Source of the DNA: Octopus sinensis
Taxonomy: Eukaryota
Assembly (NCBI RefSeq): GCF_006345805.1
Contig: NC_043002.1
Location: 56,544,001-56,608,000 of the forward strand
Direction of reading: 5' to 3'
Length of the DNA stretch: 64,000 nt
Made by a program: the position numbers and the translations under genes. This document shows positions 13,182-24,910 of this stretch, in pieces (the first letter of the stretch is position 1; each line of letters opens with the position of its first letter). The notes under the pieces were generated by a model. That model saw only the letters and a list, made by a program, of their open reading frames with translations, searched no databases and was not told the DNA's origin.

Positions 13182-13850
13182 CTAGTCTGAGGATATCATC
13201 CCCACCATCTCTCTCCCACTAACCTCAGCTGCTCTATAAAAGGTTGTGGACCTCTGTCTCTGATCAAGCAATGAAATGTAAGAAAAATGTACCAGGCATT
13301 TATATACATTCAATTAGCTGTGATCTATCTCCTACCAGACAAGTTTGTGGCCTTATGCAATCTTCATACCTCTCAAATCATAGCCCACCCCTTCTCTTGG
13401 AAAAGGGTACATTAGATAATGCAGTCCTCATTTCCTAGCACATACGGAAAATACAAGATGATCGTTGCTAGTGCTGCCTGACTGGCTCCCGTGCTGGTGG
13501 CATGTAAAAAGCACCATTCAAGTGTGTTCGATGCCAGTACTGCCCGACTGGCACTCGTGCTGGTGGCATGTAAAAAGTACCCACTACACTCTTGGAGTGG
13601 GTGGCATTAGGAATGGCATCCAGCTGTAGAAACTTTTGCCAGATTGGATTGGAGCCTGGTGCAGCCTTCTGGCTCACGAGTCCTCAGTCAAATTGTCCAA
13701 CCCATGCCAGCATGGAAAGCAGATGTTAAATAATGATAATGATGACCTTAGAGGGGATTTCTTTGACCAGAGGTTTGTTTAGCTGGGGTTGAAAAATAAT
13801 AACAACAGCAATAACAAGGAAATGTTGAACACAAGTTAACCACTACTTAC

Positions 13851-13978
13851 CAATGTCTTGATTGAGATGTTCATATTTTTTTTGTTCTGTGAGGTTCATT
13901 TCATAAACCAACACAGACTTCTCCATATTGTACTCACATTGGGCAAGTGTGGCCAGCATTCGTTGATATGTCAGGTGG
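13851..13978 (-). CDS. THOC7: THO complex subunit 7, next coding exon (128 nt, phase 2 to phase 1)
   Basis: Minus strand ttttgtAG|C CAC CTG...GAC ATT G|GTaagt. In frame with the previous exon; translates HLTYQRMLATLAQCEYNMEKSVLVYEMNLTEQKKYEHLNQDI, matching THOC7 YQRMLSTLSQCEFSMGKTLLVYDMNLRE. Confidence 0.95.
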
Positions 13979-14089
13979 CTACAAAATAACAATCATACCA
14001 TATTATTGTTATTATTATTAAAAGAAATCTGTTGTCTTTATTATTATTAATTAGGAACAATTATTATCATTATTACTATACAATATTAC

Positions 14090-15000
14090 TTATTTAATGA
14101 GCAGAGATGTTGTTTTGAGGTTTGGTGACAACATGCCTCCTCAGATCTCAAACATCATTCTTAGAATTCTTGCAGAATACAGGATTGCACTTTACTGTAG
14201 GTTGTCAACATGTGTCTCAATTCCAACATCCTTCAGCTCCTTCGATAGTAGTCTCATTGTTGTGACAATGGCACCAATTACCACAAGAACATTTTACACC
14301 TTGTGTTCTATAATCTCTTCGTCTCTCCAGCCTCTGACAAGGTACTGATATTTCCCAATATTCCTTGATATTTACTCAACTATATATGAGAATACAAAGG
14401 CAACCATTTTAAAATGCTTGTTCTTTCAGTTTCTATGCAAAGATCCTGTAATCATTATTATTCACCTTGACAGAATCCAGCCTGTTTCTATAGAACTTTT
14501 CCATCACCCCAAATCCACAGACTTGGCCAACATACCAATGCGCTGTTAATGACAGTCATGCTTGTGATAATACTCTTTTTGTGTTAGCTTACTGCATTTA
14601 CTTAACAGATGGTTAATACGTTTGTCCCTTCTTCCACACATTTTATATTTGTTGTCTGACTGTGTTTAATCGATCTGTATCATTAGCAAATTTGTTGTGG
14701 TTTGTTTCTAAATGGAATAATAATCCAGTTCCTTGTTTCAGATTGTCATCTTCTTGCCACAACCATCATTCTCAGTTTGTTACACACAATTCTTTATTTT
14801 TCTTGCTATTTGTCCTGTAATTTGTTTTCCTGTTCTTGAAATCCCTTACTATTTTAGTGACTCCTTTAGTATTTTCAGCTGTAGATAAGTCCTTACTCAC
14901 TAAGTATGACATATTCTCCTTTAGTGATCTAATATTATGTTATATCTTTATTCCAACTGATTTCATAATTAATACTGCACACTTATTCATCCAAATCCAA
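14090..15000 (-). pseudogene. R4/Dong-like LINE 3' fragment (zinc knuckle plus RLE)
   Basis: Minus strand KMCGRRDKRINHLLSKCSKLTQKEYYHKHD and VVIGAIVT..LQ*SAILYSARILRMM; the 3' end abuts (TAA)n. Confidence 0.7.
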
Positions 15001-15493
15001 ACTGCAAACCAATATCCTTGCTAAATATTCTTACTGTTTGAACGAAAGAAACCAGGTCTTTTTCATATTTGATGTATAGTTTGAGGTCATCCATATGTAG
15101 CAGATGATTTATTTTCACTGTGGTCTTAGTGCAATCGGGATAAGTAATAAAAAGAGCGAGTTTCCTGGAAACATTCTCTTACAGATTTTCATGTTTCCTA
15201 AGGATTCACTTCTGCACTTTGGTTTTACTTCCCAAAAACTCTTCTCATGAACCTCAGTCACTCCAAAGACCAATACTGCAGTACTTTATCATACGTGTTC
15301 TTGTAGCCTATCCTACCCAAAGCTACACTTTTTTTTCAGGCTAATGCAGTTTCGCACCACTCCTTGAAAAATGCATTTTTTTGGAAAAATTTTTTTCAGA
15401 TTCCTACATTTTAGATGTCAGAGATTATGAATATGGAAAAAAAAGAATTTTTTTAAAATTTCACCCCCCACCCACTAAACCTTTTGATTTTGT

Positions 15494-15723
15494 TTAACCA
15501 TTTTTATACCAACCCACCTGAAACTGCCTCTGGCTCTGTAGTATAAATGTCTTTTTTTTCCAAGTTCTGAATTAAAATCTTCCACCAAACCGTAGTCACA
15601 ATTTATGTTCCTAACACTAGCTTCATGATAACTAAGTTATTTTACTAAATTCTTTATTATATCTGAAATTAATTGAAAGGAACACAGAGCATCTCAACAG
15701 AAATATGGTAACGAAAGGGTTAA
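15494..15723. mobile_element. piggyBac-type MITE family A
   Basis: TTAA-CC(C)TTT...AAAGGG-TTAA. Copies at 15820-16002 (inverted), 27340-28315 (interrupted), 28315-28513, 36085-36250, 51193-51409, 55021-55627. Confidence 0.8.
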
Positions 15724-16367
15724 AGAGATTGTAGCAAATTGATGATTTTTAGAATTTTCAGCCAATCAGAAAACATGTTCACTGCCTCTTCCATCATCAG
15801 GGAGAAGGAGGGGGCATCATTCAATTAATTTTAAATATAACAAAGAATTTAGTAAGATAGTTTAGTTATCTTTAAGCTAATGTTAGGAATATAAATTGTG
15901 ATTAAAGTTTGGTGGAAGATTTTGATTCCAAACTTATGAAAACAAGACATTTGTACTCAGAGGCAGAAGTGGTTTCAGCCAAGTTTGTAATGAAAGGGTT
16001 AAAAATTTTTTTTAAAGACAATTGTAAACAGTGACGAAAATCAGAAAGATCCCATCCGTCCACTGTGGAGTCAATAAAACAAAGGCAAGAACTATGGAGG
16101 CTGATCAAATTAGTTACAGAGGCGAGGTTTGCTGAGTGGTTACCAATACTATCGCCCTTAGCATCATCCTGATTAATGAATATTAGTTCCAAGTTTTGGG
16201 ATATGATCCCAAATATCAACAGAGAAACAGTAGATAAGGATGAAGTTGAGATTAGGAAAATAAATGATTTAATTTCAACTTCTGGTTATCAATAGATGGT
16301 GGTGGTGGTGGTGGTGATGCACCATAAAATAACGCTGTCAGTTTAAAAGGTGAATTAAGATACGTAC

Positions 16368-16488
16368 CTCTCTTCATCGTTTTCAGGCATGTTGCACCAT
16401 CGTACCAACATACGTAGCAAACTGTTGATTCGTTTATCATCATTTCCACCATCTCCATCAATTAAAAGCCTGCGTCGAATGATATCAT
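16368..16488 (-). CDS. THOC7: THO complex subunit 7, internal coding exon (121 nt, phase 1 to phase 2)
   Basis: Minus strand atttccAG|AT GAT ATC...GAA GAG AG|GTacgt. Translates (D)DIIRRRLLIDGDGGNDDKRINSLLRMLVRWCNMPENDEE(S), matching the THOC7 N-terminal motif (vertebrate DEVIRKRLLIDGDGAGDDRRIN...KWCN). Confidence 0.95.
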
Positions 16489-16508
16489 CTGGAAATAGAT
16501 ATTAACAC

Positions 16509-16895
16509 ATCATTATCATTGTTGTTTTAATGTCCACTTTTCCATGCTAGCATCAGGTCAGATGTTATTGAGGCCAATTTTCTACAGCTGCATGCCCTTC
16601 CTGTTGCCAACCCTCACTTGTTTCCAAGTAAGATAATATTTCCCTATGGCCAGACATATTTTCCAGGAAGACTGAAAATGAAGGACACTGCTTGTATGAC
16701 AGTGACACTCATTTACAACTACCATGCAATGTCAAGAGAGACACACACAAACAATAGGCCTCTTTCAGTTTCAATCAACAAAATCCACTTACAAAGCTTT
16801 GGTCAGTCTGGGGCCATAGTAGAAGATACTTTCCTAATGTGGTGCGCAGTAGCACAAGAAGCTAAACTTCCCAACCAAACAGTCATGCCTGTGCC
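16509..16895 (-). mobile_element. SINE family B (family A head with RTE-type tail)
   Basis: Head and core shared with family A, but the 3' part is GGAAGGGCATCCAGCTGTAGAA...GCATGGAAAA..TTAAA(GAT)n. Copies at 25850-26235, 31445-31850, 32200-32600, 34770-35115, 63437-63870. Confidence 0.75.
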
Positions 16896-17262
16896 TCAGA
16901 TAAAAATGGTGGTGGCCAAAATGAATAGAACACAGAGGTTTCTAGTCTTGTTGGAGACAACTTTCTAGAGATGGTGGCAAGATAAAATGCATTCAGACCA
17001 GATTTGTTTAGTTGTTCATGATATGAGAGAGGAGGGTGTGATAAATATAATAAAAGAAATAAAACTAAACATGAGACACATTAACGAAGAAAGCTGGTCA
17101 TTTTCTGTTGCTGTGTACGGCAAATGACAAGGCTCACGAATGAGTGGCGAGACACTGTGGGACCTGTCCATCTCTTTATTTGTATCATAAAATAATAATA
17201 TAGCATAACTTAGAAATGACAAATTGTAAAGTAATACGTCATATTCTCTCTCACTCTTTGTA

Positions 17263-17297
<35 letters not shown>

Positions 17298-19329
17298 AGA
17301 TATAAAGTGAAGTATAGATATTACATCACAAAATAAACAAAAACATATATATGAATATCTCCCATATATATATATATATTTATATATAAAAGCATACACA
17401 ATTACCATTGGATAAAATATTGCATTCTATACTTCACATCAATAGATATTAATAAAGTTATGCATTATACATACATACACACACTCACACACACACATAT
17501 ATATATAATTAGAAAGTATATTATCATTATCCATATATCATACCATAAGTTTTATCATAAATTAATATATAGGGAAACAGAATGGTAGGAACAGTGGAAT
17601 GCCAAAACAAATGCATTATTTGCAGCATCTAGTTCCATTTTATTATGTTCTGAGTTACGATTCCAGTCAGGGAGAGTGACCTTCTGATTATCCTTCTGGG
17701 ACAATAAAATAAGTGTCAGTTACATTTGGGGTTGATTCTGTTACTACACCTACATACTCTGAATCTGTATCAAAGTGAGAAATCAATATAACATGGCAAT
17801 AAATAATATCCTACATATAGGATAATACATTATATTCGATATCACACACTCAAATATCACAAAAATAGGTTATATTATATCATACATCAATATTACAATA
17901 CACAATTGCTATAAATAGAAGTAAACATCAATTAACTAGATTCCATGGGCTAGCTTCTACTCCAGGATGTAGCTGTTTCACTTCATTGTATATCCTATTC
18001 TCTATATTCTTAAGAAATACATAATCTTGTTATATCACTCCTGGATACCTGAAGGTTTGAGCTTAACCCTTAAGTATTTAAGCTGGCCATATCCAGCCAA
18101 AAATTCTTCCTGTTTTATGCTTGAAGTGGCCAGATCCAGCCTCTCACACCTATCCCACACTGTTAGTCTAAAAAATATACAATCACATCATTGAAATCCG
18201 AAGGTTACAAAATAATATATGCTTCATTCAAAACAATGTGACTAAATAAGCATTACATTTGAGAGAGTAATCTGAAGGCTAATGGGTTTAAATTATAATT
18301 ATTATTAAATTAATGAGCTGGAAGAATCTTTAGCACATTAGACAAAATGCTTAGTGGCATTTCTCCCAGTCTGAGTTCAAATTCCACCAAAGTCATCTCT
18401 GCCTTTCATCCTTTTGGGGTTGATAAAATATGTACCAGTTACGCACAGGGGGACAATGTAATCAGTTTGTTTCTCCCTAGTTTCAGGCCTTGAGCCTATA
18501 GTAGAAAGGATTATTATTACTATTGAGGCACCAAGTGGGTAGAATTGTTGTTAGTGCTTTGGAGGAAGTGCTTAGCAACATTTTTGCCAGATCTTTACAT
18601 TCTGAGATCAAATCCCGTGGAAGTCAAGTTTGTCTTATCTTTTTGGGATCAATAACAAAGTACCAGCTAAATACTAGGGTTAATGTAATTGACCTGCCCC
18701 CTCCTCTCAAAATTGCTGGCTTTGTGCCAAAATTAGAAAAAATTATCATTATCATTATTATTAATTTAACCATCATCATGCTGGTGACATGTAAAAAGCA
18801 CCAACCAAACGTGGCCGATGCCACTACCCCTGACTGACCCCTGCGTCAGTGTCATGTAAAAAGCACCATCCAAACATGATTGATGCCAGGCCTACTTGAC
18901 TGGCTCCTGTGTCGGTGGCACATAAAAAGCACCCACTACACTCTCGGAGTGGTTGGCATTTGGAAGGACATCTAGCTGTAGAAACATTGCCAGACCAGAC
19001 TGGAGCCTGTTGCAGCCACTGGCTCTCCAGACCTCAGTCAAACCATCCAACCCATGCCAGCATGGAAAATGGACGTTAAATGATGATGATTATTACTATA
19101 AGAGAGAAACCCAAATTAAAAAAGATAAAGAAAAGAAAAAATAATGAAAATTAACATTTGCCACAAAAATACTGTTTAGTGGTTTAGCAACAAACTGTAT
19201 GACTGTGTCAGCTCTACTTTTGAATCCATCGCAATGTCAGAAACCGTTTCATCTCATCACCTGGTATGTCAGGGTCACAAGTGATTTGCCCATTAGCCTG
19301 TACACTTTGCCTGAGTGAGGCAGTGAGGA

Positions 19330-19690
19330 CTGAATTAGTCTTTGCCAACAGAAGAGTTCTATCTTTGGTCTCTTATCAACCACAGTCACTTCAAGTTAGT
19401 TTCAGCTTGCCACACCAATCTCCTTGGTGGCTTTTCTCTTCTGTTTAGGTTCCAAACCAACCTTCTGAAGGAAACAGTACATTGATCTAGCTGGAAGGCC
19501 ATGGCAACCAACTTCACATGGGGAATGAAACTGTGTGCCATCTTTTGGCAAGTATCTCATCCACCAACTCCTGATATTTGGTTTTCTTTAGCTGGTGGAA
19601 AATGTTAAGTCTGTCCTCCCAGGACACTGTAACTTCAACCATGGAGTTGGTTTTGCCCTCCTGGATAGCTGGAACATGTCTAGTCAGAGC
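19330..19690 (-). pseudogene. HERO/NeSL/R2-group LINE RLE fragment
   Basis: Minus strand, frameshifted: VEVTVSWEDRL..KKTKYQELVDE..WHTVSFPCEVGCHGLPARS, an ELTVPWE / EVGCRG-type RLE. Confidence 0.7.
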
Positions 19691-21439
19691 AAGATAAATT
19701 GTTTAACAAATTCCCCAGTTAAAGGATATTATATAAATGTCCTTACCTCATAGTAAAAGTGGTAGATAGTAACCTTTGAGATTGACTGACATTTTTAAAA
19801 TCAATATTTTATCTCCTATGCACATATATAGTTGAGGTAACAATGGTGAAGTGGATAGAGCATTGGGCTACCAACTTATGGGTCCTGAATTCACATCAGC
19901 CATAAGTGTTTTGTATTCCTAGAGATAGGTTGCATAATTAATTCTACATGCTCTGTCACCTAACTGAAGGAAATAAAAGTACTGAATCTGCAAAGCTTAC
20001 TTGTGACAGATTGTGTTTTGTATTTAGACAGGAAAATTTTCCTCTTCACAATGCAACAACAGATTCCAGAGTTAAGTGCACGGGTTTTGTGACACTAGTG
20101 CAGGTGGTGAAGGCATTTACGCTGTATGTAGTGTTTACATTACTTATCAACAACTGTTAAATAAAATGCAAATCATTTATTTTTCTCATCATAAATTTTA
20201 AATCACTGAAATTACAGGGAACCAGTAAAATGAAAACAAACAAAACCAACAAAAAACCCAAACAAACAAAATGTGATCAAAGAAGCAGAACAAACGAAGA
20301 TGGTGGAAATGTCAATTTGTGTAATGGAATTCAGACGACCTCTTTGATGAGGCGGAATTTGATTGATATATAAACAACCTGAAATGTCAGTTTTAAGCCT
20401 GAAGCATCATTTTAGAATCAAGCAGGAATTCTATTCTATCACAGAAGAATGAATTTCAAATGTATTTGAGGATCGCATTTGATTTTTGAAGATCTTTTAC
20501 ATTTTGCACACGCATCTACATAAACACATCACCATCGTTGTCTTTGCCATTGTTTTAATGTCCACTTGTCCTTGCCTGTACAGCTCAGATGGAATTTGTT
20601 CAGACATATTTTCTATGGCCTGATGCTCTTCTTGTTGCCATCCTCTCTCACTTGTTTCCAAATAAGGTAATATTTCCTGATGGCCTGACATATCTCCACA
20701 GAATATTGGAAAGGAATGATACAGCCTGCACCTACACATCACAAATGAGCATCACCATCAACATCATCATCATCGTTTAACGTCCGTTTTCCATGCTAGC
20801 ATGGGTTGGACGATTTGACTGGGGTCTGGGAAGCCAGGAGGCTGCACCAGATCCAGTCTGATCTGGCAGTGTTTCTACAGCTGGATGCCCTTCCTAACGC
20901 CAACTACTCCGTGAGTGTAGTGGGTACTTTCTACGTGCCACAGACACAGGTACCAGGGGAGGCTGGCAATGGCCATGATCGGTTGGTGATTTTTATGTGC
21001 CACTGGCATGGAAGCCAGTCGCGTTGGCGCTGGCATCAGCTACGTTTGGATGGTGCTTTTTACGTGCCACTGGCACAGGTATCGCAACTACAATTTCCAT
21101 TTGATTTTTTGATGTTGCTAACTGTTACCTGTTTCCAAGCAAGTAATATTTCCCCATGGCCAGAGAGGATCTCACAGAAGACTGAAAATGAATGACACTG
21201 CTTGTATGACAGTGACACTCATTTACAACTACCATCCAATGTCAAGACAAGGACATGTTTACACATCTACCAAATCAGCTTGGAACTATAGTAGAGGACA
21301 CCTGCATAAGATGTCAGACAGAACCATGTGGTTTGTAAGCAAACTTAATATATATTCCATGAAAGCAGTGCTCCAGCTTGGGCACAATGTGCAATCAATG
21401 AAAAACACAACAATAAAGGAATCAAATGATTTGATATTT

Positions 21440-21990
21440 ACAGTTCTATATTTAAGAGATGAGGAATTATGTACATTATTTATATTTGACAGATATTTGT
21501 CCTCATCTTGTTTGTTGTTAAATCAACTTTTCAGCTGTTATACCCTTCAGCCTTAATCAGGTATTAAGGAAGGATAGGAAAATATTAGATTTATAAACCC
21601 TAAAATTCACCCCATAACTGCCCATGGGCATATGGCATAGTGGTTAAGAGCACAGGCTACTGACCCCAAGATTCCGAGTTTGATTCCAAGCAGTGACCTG
21701 AATGATAATAATAACATCGAAAAATTCCTTACACATGCACATATCCACACATCACATGTACACATCCACATGTACACATCCACATGTCAAGGTCACCAGC
21801 CCCTATCCACACACACACACTTACACACTCTCACATATGCATGCGCATCTTCGTTTTGGGATCACCAATACCCAAGTTCGAAATTTCCCCAAGACACCTG
21901 ATGAAAGCTGGAAGGTATATCAACCAAAACGTTGTGTTAACAACAAAGAGGAGGACAAATGGACAAATATCCGTCAAATGTAAATAATGA
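21440..21990 (+). mobile_element. tRNA-head plus HHR element with an inverted partial copy upstream
   Basis: Inverted 3' part at 21440-21565; tRNA-like head at 21626-21695; unrelated insert at 21730-21870; HHR at 21893-21938 with GAAA changed to AAAA. Confidence 0.75.
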
Positions 21991-22309
21991 TTTAATATTT
22001 GTTGATTGTTAAACTCTGAAGACTGTTTCTCTGATCTTTTATTTCTACACAGTTTATGATGTAATTCTTACTTAAACTCATTTATGTTCCATGAAAATAC
22101 TGAAAAATATATTCCATGTTCCAGAGACATAAGAATGGCTGCGTGGTAAGAAGCTTGCTCCCCAACCAGATGGTTCTGAGTTCAGTTCCACTGCATGGCT
22201 GTTTGAACAAGTGTCTTCTACTGTAGCCTCAGGTTGACTGAAGCCTTGTGAGTGGATTTGGTAGACGGAAACTGAAAGAAGCCTGTTGTATATATATATA
22301 AATATACAT

Positions 22310-22705
22310 ATCATGCCGCACTACACCACACCACCCTGACCACTTCCCAGCACCCTCACCGTCATGCACACATCCACACATACATTCATGTGTCAAGGTC
22401 ACCAGCCCCTATCCACACTTACACACACGTGTGCCTTCATTTTGGGATTGCCAATACTTTATTATCTCCCCTTCTTCTTAGTTCTCCAGTCTACCTCTGT
22501 CCAGCCAGCCACCATGATTGATCGCTAGCTGCTAAAGCTTTTTTTATTCTCTCTCTGTTTATTTTCTCGTGTTCCTTTCTGTTGAAGAGTGTAGGCTTGA
22601 AATGTAAAAGACTTTCTCACCTTCCCAAGCATTAAACTAATACACCTGTTTGTTGTTTATACACCTGTCTTCGTCTTTTGCTTTTCTGTAAATTCCAACT
22701 ATATA
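22310..22705 (+). mobile_element. Penelope-like tail fragment inserted in the (TA)n of a SINE A copy
   Basis: Splits the SINE at 22135-22930; homologous inverted copy at 37500-37700; degenerate HHR-like TTGAAGAGTGTAGGCTTGAAATGTA. Confidence 0.55.
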
Positions 22706-24463
22706 TATGAGTGTGTGTGTATGTAATTGTGTGTCTGTTTGTTCCCTCCCACCATCGCCTGACAACTGATGTTGTTGTGTTTACATTTCTGTAACTTAGA
22801 ACTTTGGCAAAAGAGACCGATAGCATAAGTACTAGGCTTACAAAGAATAAGTCCTGGGGTCAACTTGTTTGACTAAAGGCATGGCTCCATCATAGCCGCA
22901 GTCAGATGACTGAAACAAGCAAAAGAAAAAAAAAAGAATAAAAAAATAAAGGAACAAAAGAACGATATTCTTGAAATAAATGCTAGATATCATCATTTGT
23001 ATTTCTTCATTTACTACAATAATTAGATGGTGACGACAGCGAAGGGAAATGCATGTAATTAGTGTTCTTCTTAATCAGTTAATCCTTTCAAGCCGATGAC
23101 AGTTGACAGAAGTTACAACATATAATTAGAGGCAATGTGTTTAACCCTTTCAAGTCAATGGATCCTAAAAGCAGCATGTCATCATCATCATCATTTTACA
23201 TCCTCTTTTCCATGCTTGCATGGGTCAGATGGAATTTGTTAAGGAACATCTTTTACAGCTACACACCCTCCATGTCACTAATCCTCACTTGTTTCGGACT
23301 AAGGTAATATTTCCTTATAGCTGGACATCTTTCTATGGCCTACGAGAAATGAAAGACTCTGCTTGTGTGACACTCATTTATGACTACTGCAGAATATCAA
23401 GACAAGGGACACACACACATTTCATTTGAAGACATGACTATGTTGCAGTTGTCATATTTTTGTATCAGTTTCTTGAAGTTAGTTTGGAACAACAAACTTC
23501 CTGAATCCATATTCAATGTTTCCAGACCATCACACTCTCATTTTCAAGAATTGAAATAAATTGGATGTCTGCATCATTTCTTATACACTGGTCAATTTTT
23601 CTTCTTCTTTTGCTTGTTTCACTCATTAGATTGCAGCCATGCTGGGGCACCACTGTAAGGAATTTTAGTTGAATGGATCAACCCTAGTTCTTACGATTTT
23701 TATATCTTAAGCCTAATACTTATTCTATTGGTGTCTTTTGCTGAACTGCTAAGTTACGGGGACATAAACACACCAACATCAGTTGTCTACCATATCTACT
23801 CACAAGGCTTTTGTTGGCTTGAGGCTACAGAAGAAGACACTTGCCCAAGGTATCATACAGTGCGCCGGAGCCTGGAACCTTGTGGTTGGGAAGCAAGCTT
23901 CTTAGCACACAGTAAGTTTTTTTTAGCCCTTTGGCTTCCATATGAGCAGTCTTATGTTAATTTATTTTGTTGTGGTTAAATTTATGTAGGTTTCATCACC
24001 TAAACTTTATTTATTGCTAGGCTTTTGTGTCAGTAGCCATAAGTTAAATTTTTTCATGTGTGTATGTGTTGTTTGCATATTTATTTTGTTATTGTGTTGT
24101 GATATGACTATCAGTTCCAGGATGAAACTTCTATTTTTGTGAGGAACTTAAAGAGCACACAAGTTTTATCCTGTAATATTTTTCTATCAAACTTTGTGGT
24201 GCATGGTAGAATGTATTGCAATTTCTCCTTTTAAATGCATTGTGAGCCGATAAGAGTGTTGTACTATCTCATCTAGGTGATCCCATAGGATGCCCCAAGA
24301 CTGTTTCCACATGTTTTCCCCATTCATTTTGATCTTCCATAATGTCCTCAGCTCCTGTACCCCTTTCATACCAGTATTCTCCAGCAAGTTGTCGATATTG
24401 TTAGTCTTCTTCTCCTGGTTCTTCTTTCCACTGGTTGCCAGAGCACTAGCTTGTTAGCAATTT

Positions 24464-24616
24464 TAGGAGATGAGGAATTATTTACATTTGACGGATATTT
24501 GTCCTCATCTTGTTTGTTGTTAACACAACGTTTCGGTTGATATACCCTCCAGCCTTCATCAGGTGTCTTGGGGAAATTTCAAACCTGGGTTCTCTCATTC
24601 CTAAGATATTTTTTGA

Positions 24617-24655
<39 letters not shown>

Positions 24656-24910
24656 TATTATTCAGTTACTGCTTGGAATTGAACTTAGAATCTTGGGGTT
24701 AGTAGCCCGTGCCCTTAACCACTATGAAAGATGCCCAAGGCATACGACAGTGACCTGAATAATAATAAAATTAATAATAACATCAAAAAATACCTTAGGA
24801 ATGAGAACCCAGGTGCGAAATTTCTCCAACATACCTGATGAAGGCTGGAGAGTATATCAGCTGAAACATGTTAACAAACAAGATGAGGATAAATATCCGT
24901 CAAATGTAAA
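24464..24910 (-). mobile_element. tRNA-head plus HHR element, fold-back form
   Basis: Full minus copy at 24464-24736 (tRNA-like head 24668-24736, (AAT)n, HHR) and inverted headless copy at 24748-24910. Confidence 0.8.
24522..24567 (-). ncRNA. Minimal type I hammerhead ribozyme motif
   Basis: GACAC-CUGAUGA-A-GGCUG..CAACC-GAAA-CG-UU-GUGUU: stem I GACAC/GUGUU, intact core, palindromic ACGU stem III, GUU cleavage triplet. Confidence 0.75.

Noticed and set aside
16252-16461. ORF-track protein MMEMVEMM...
   Set aside because: It is the wrong reading frame over the real THOC7 exon.
17955-18050. HHR-like motif on the minus strand (CCAGGA stem, GAAACAGCTA)
   Set aside because: The CUGANGA box is missing; too degenerate to call.
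21626-21695. tRNA gene (also the heads at 12537, 24668, 34520)
   Set aside because: No complete acceptor stem or terminator; each runs into a repeat body, so these are SINE heads.
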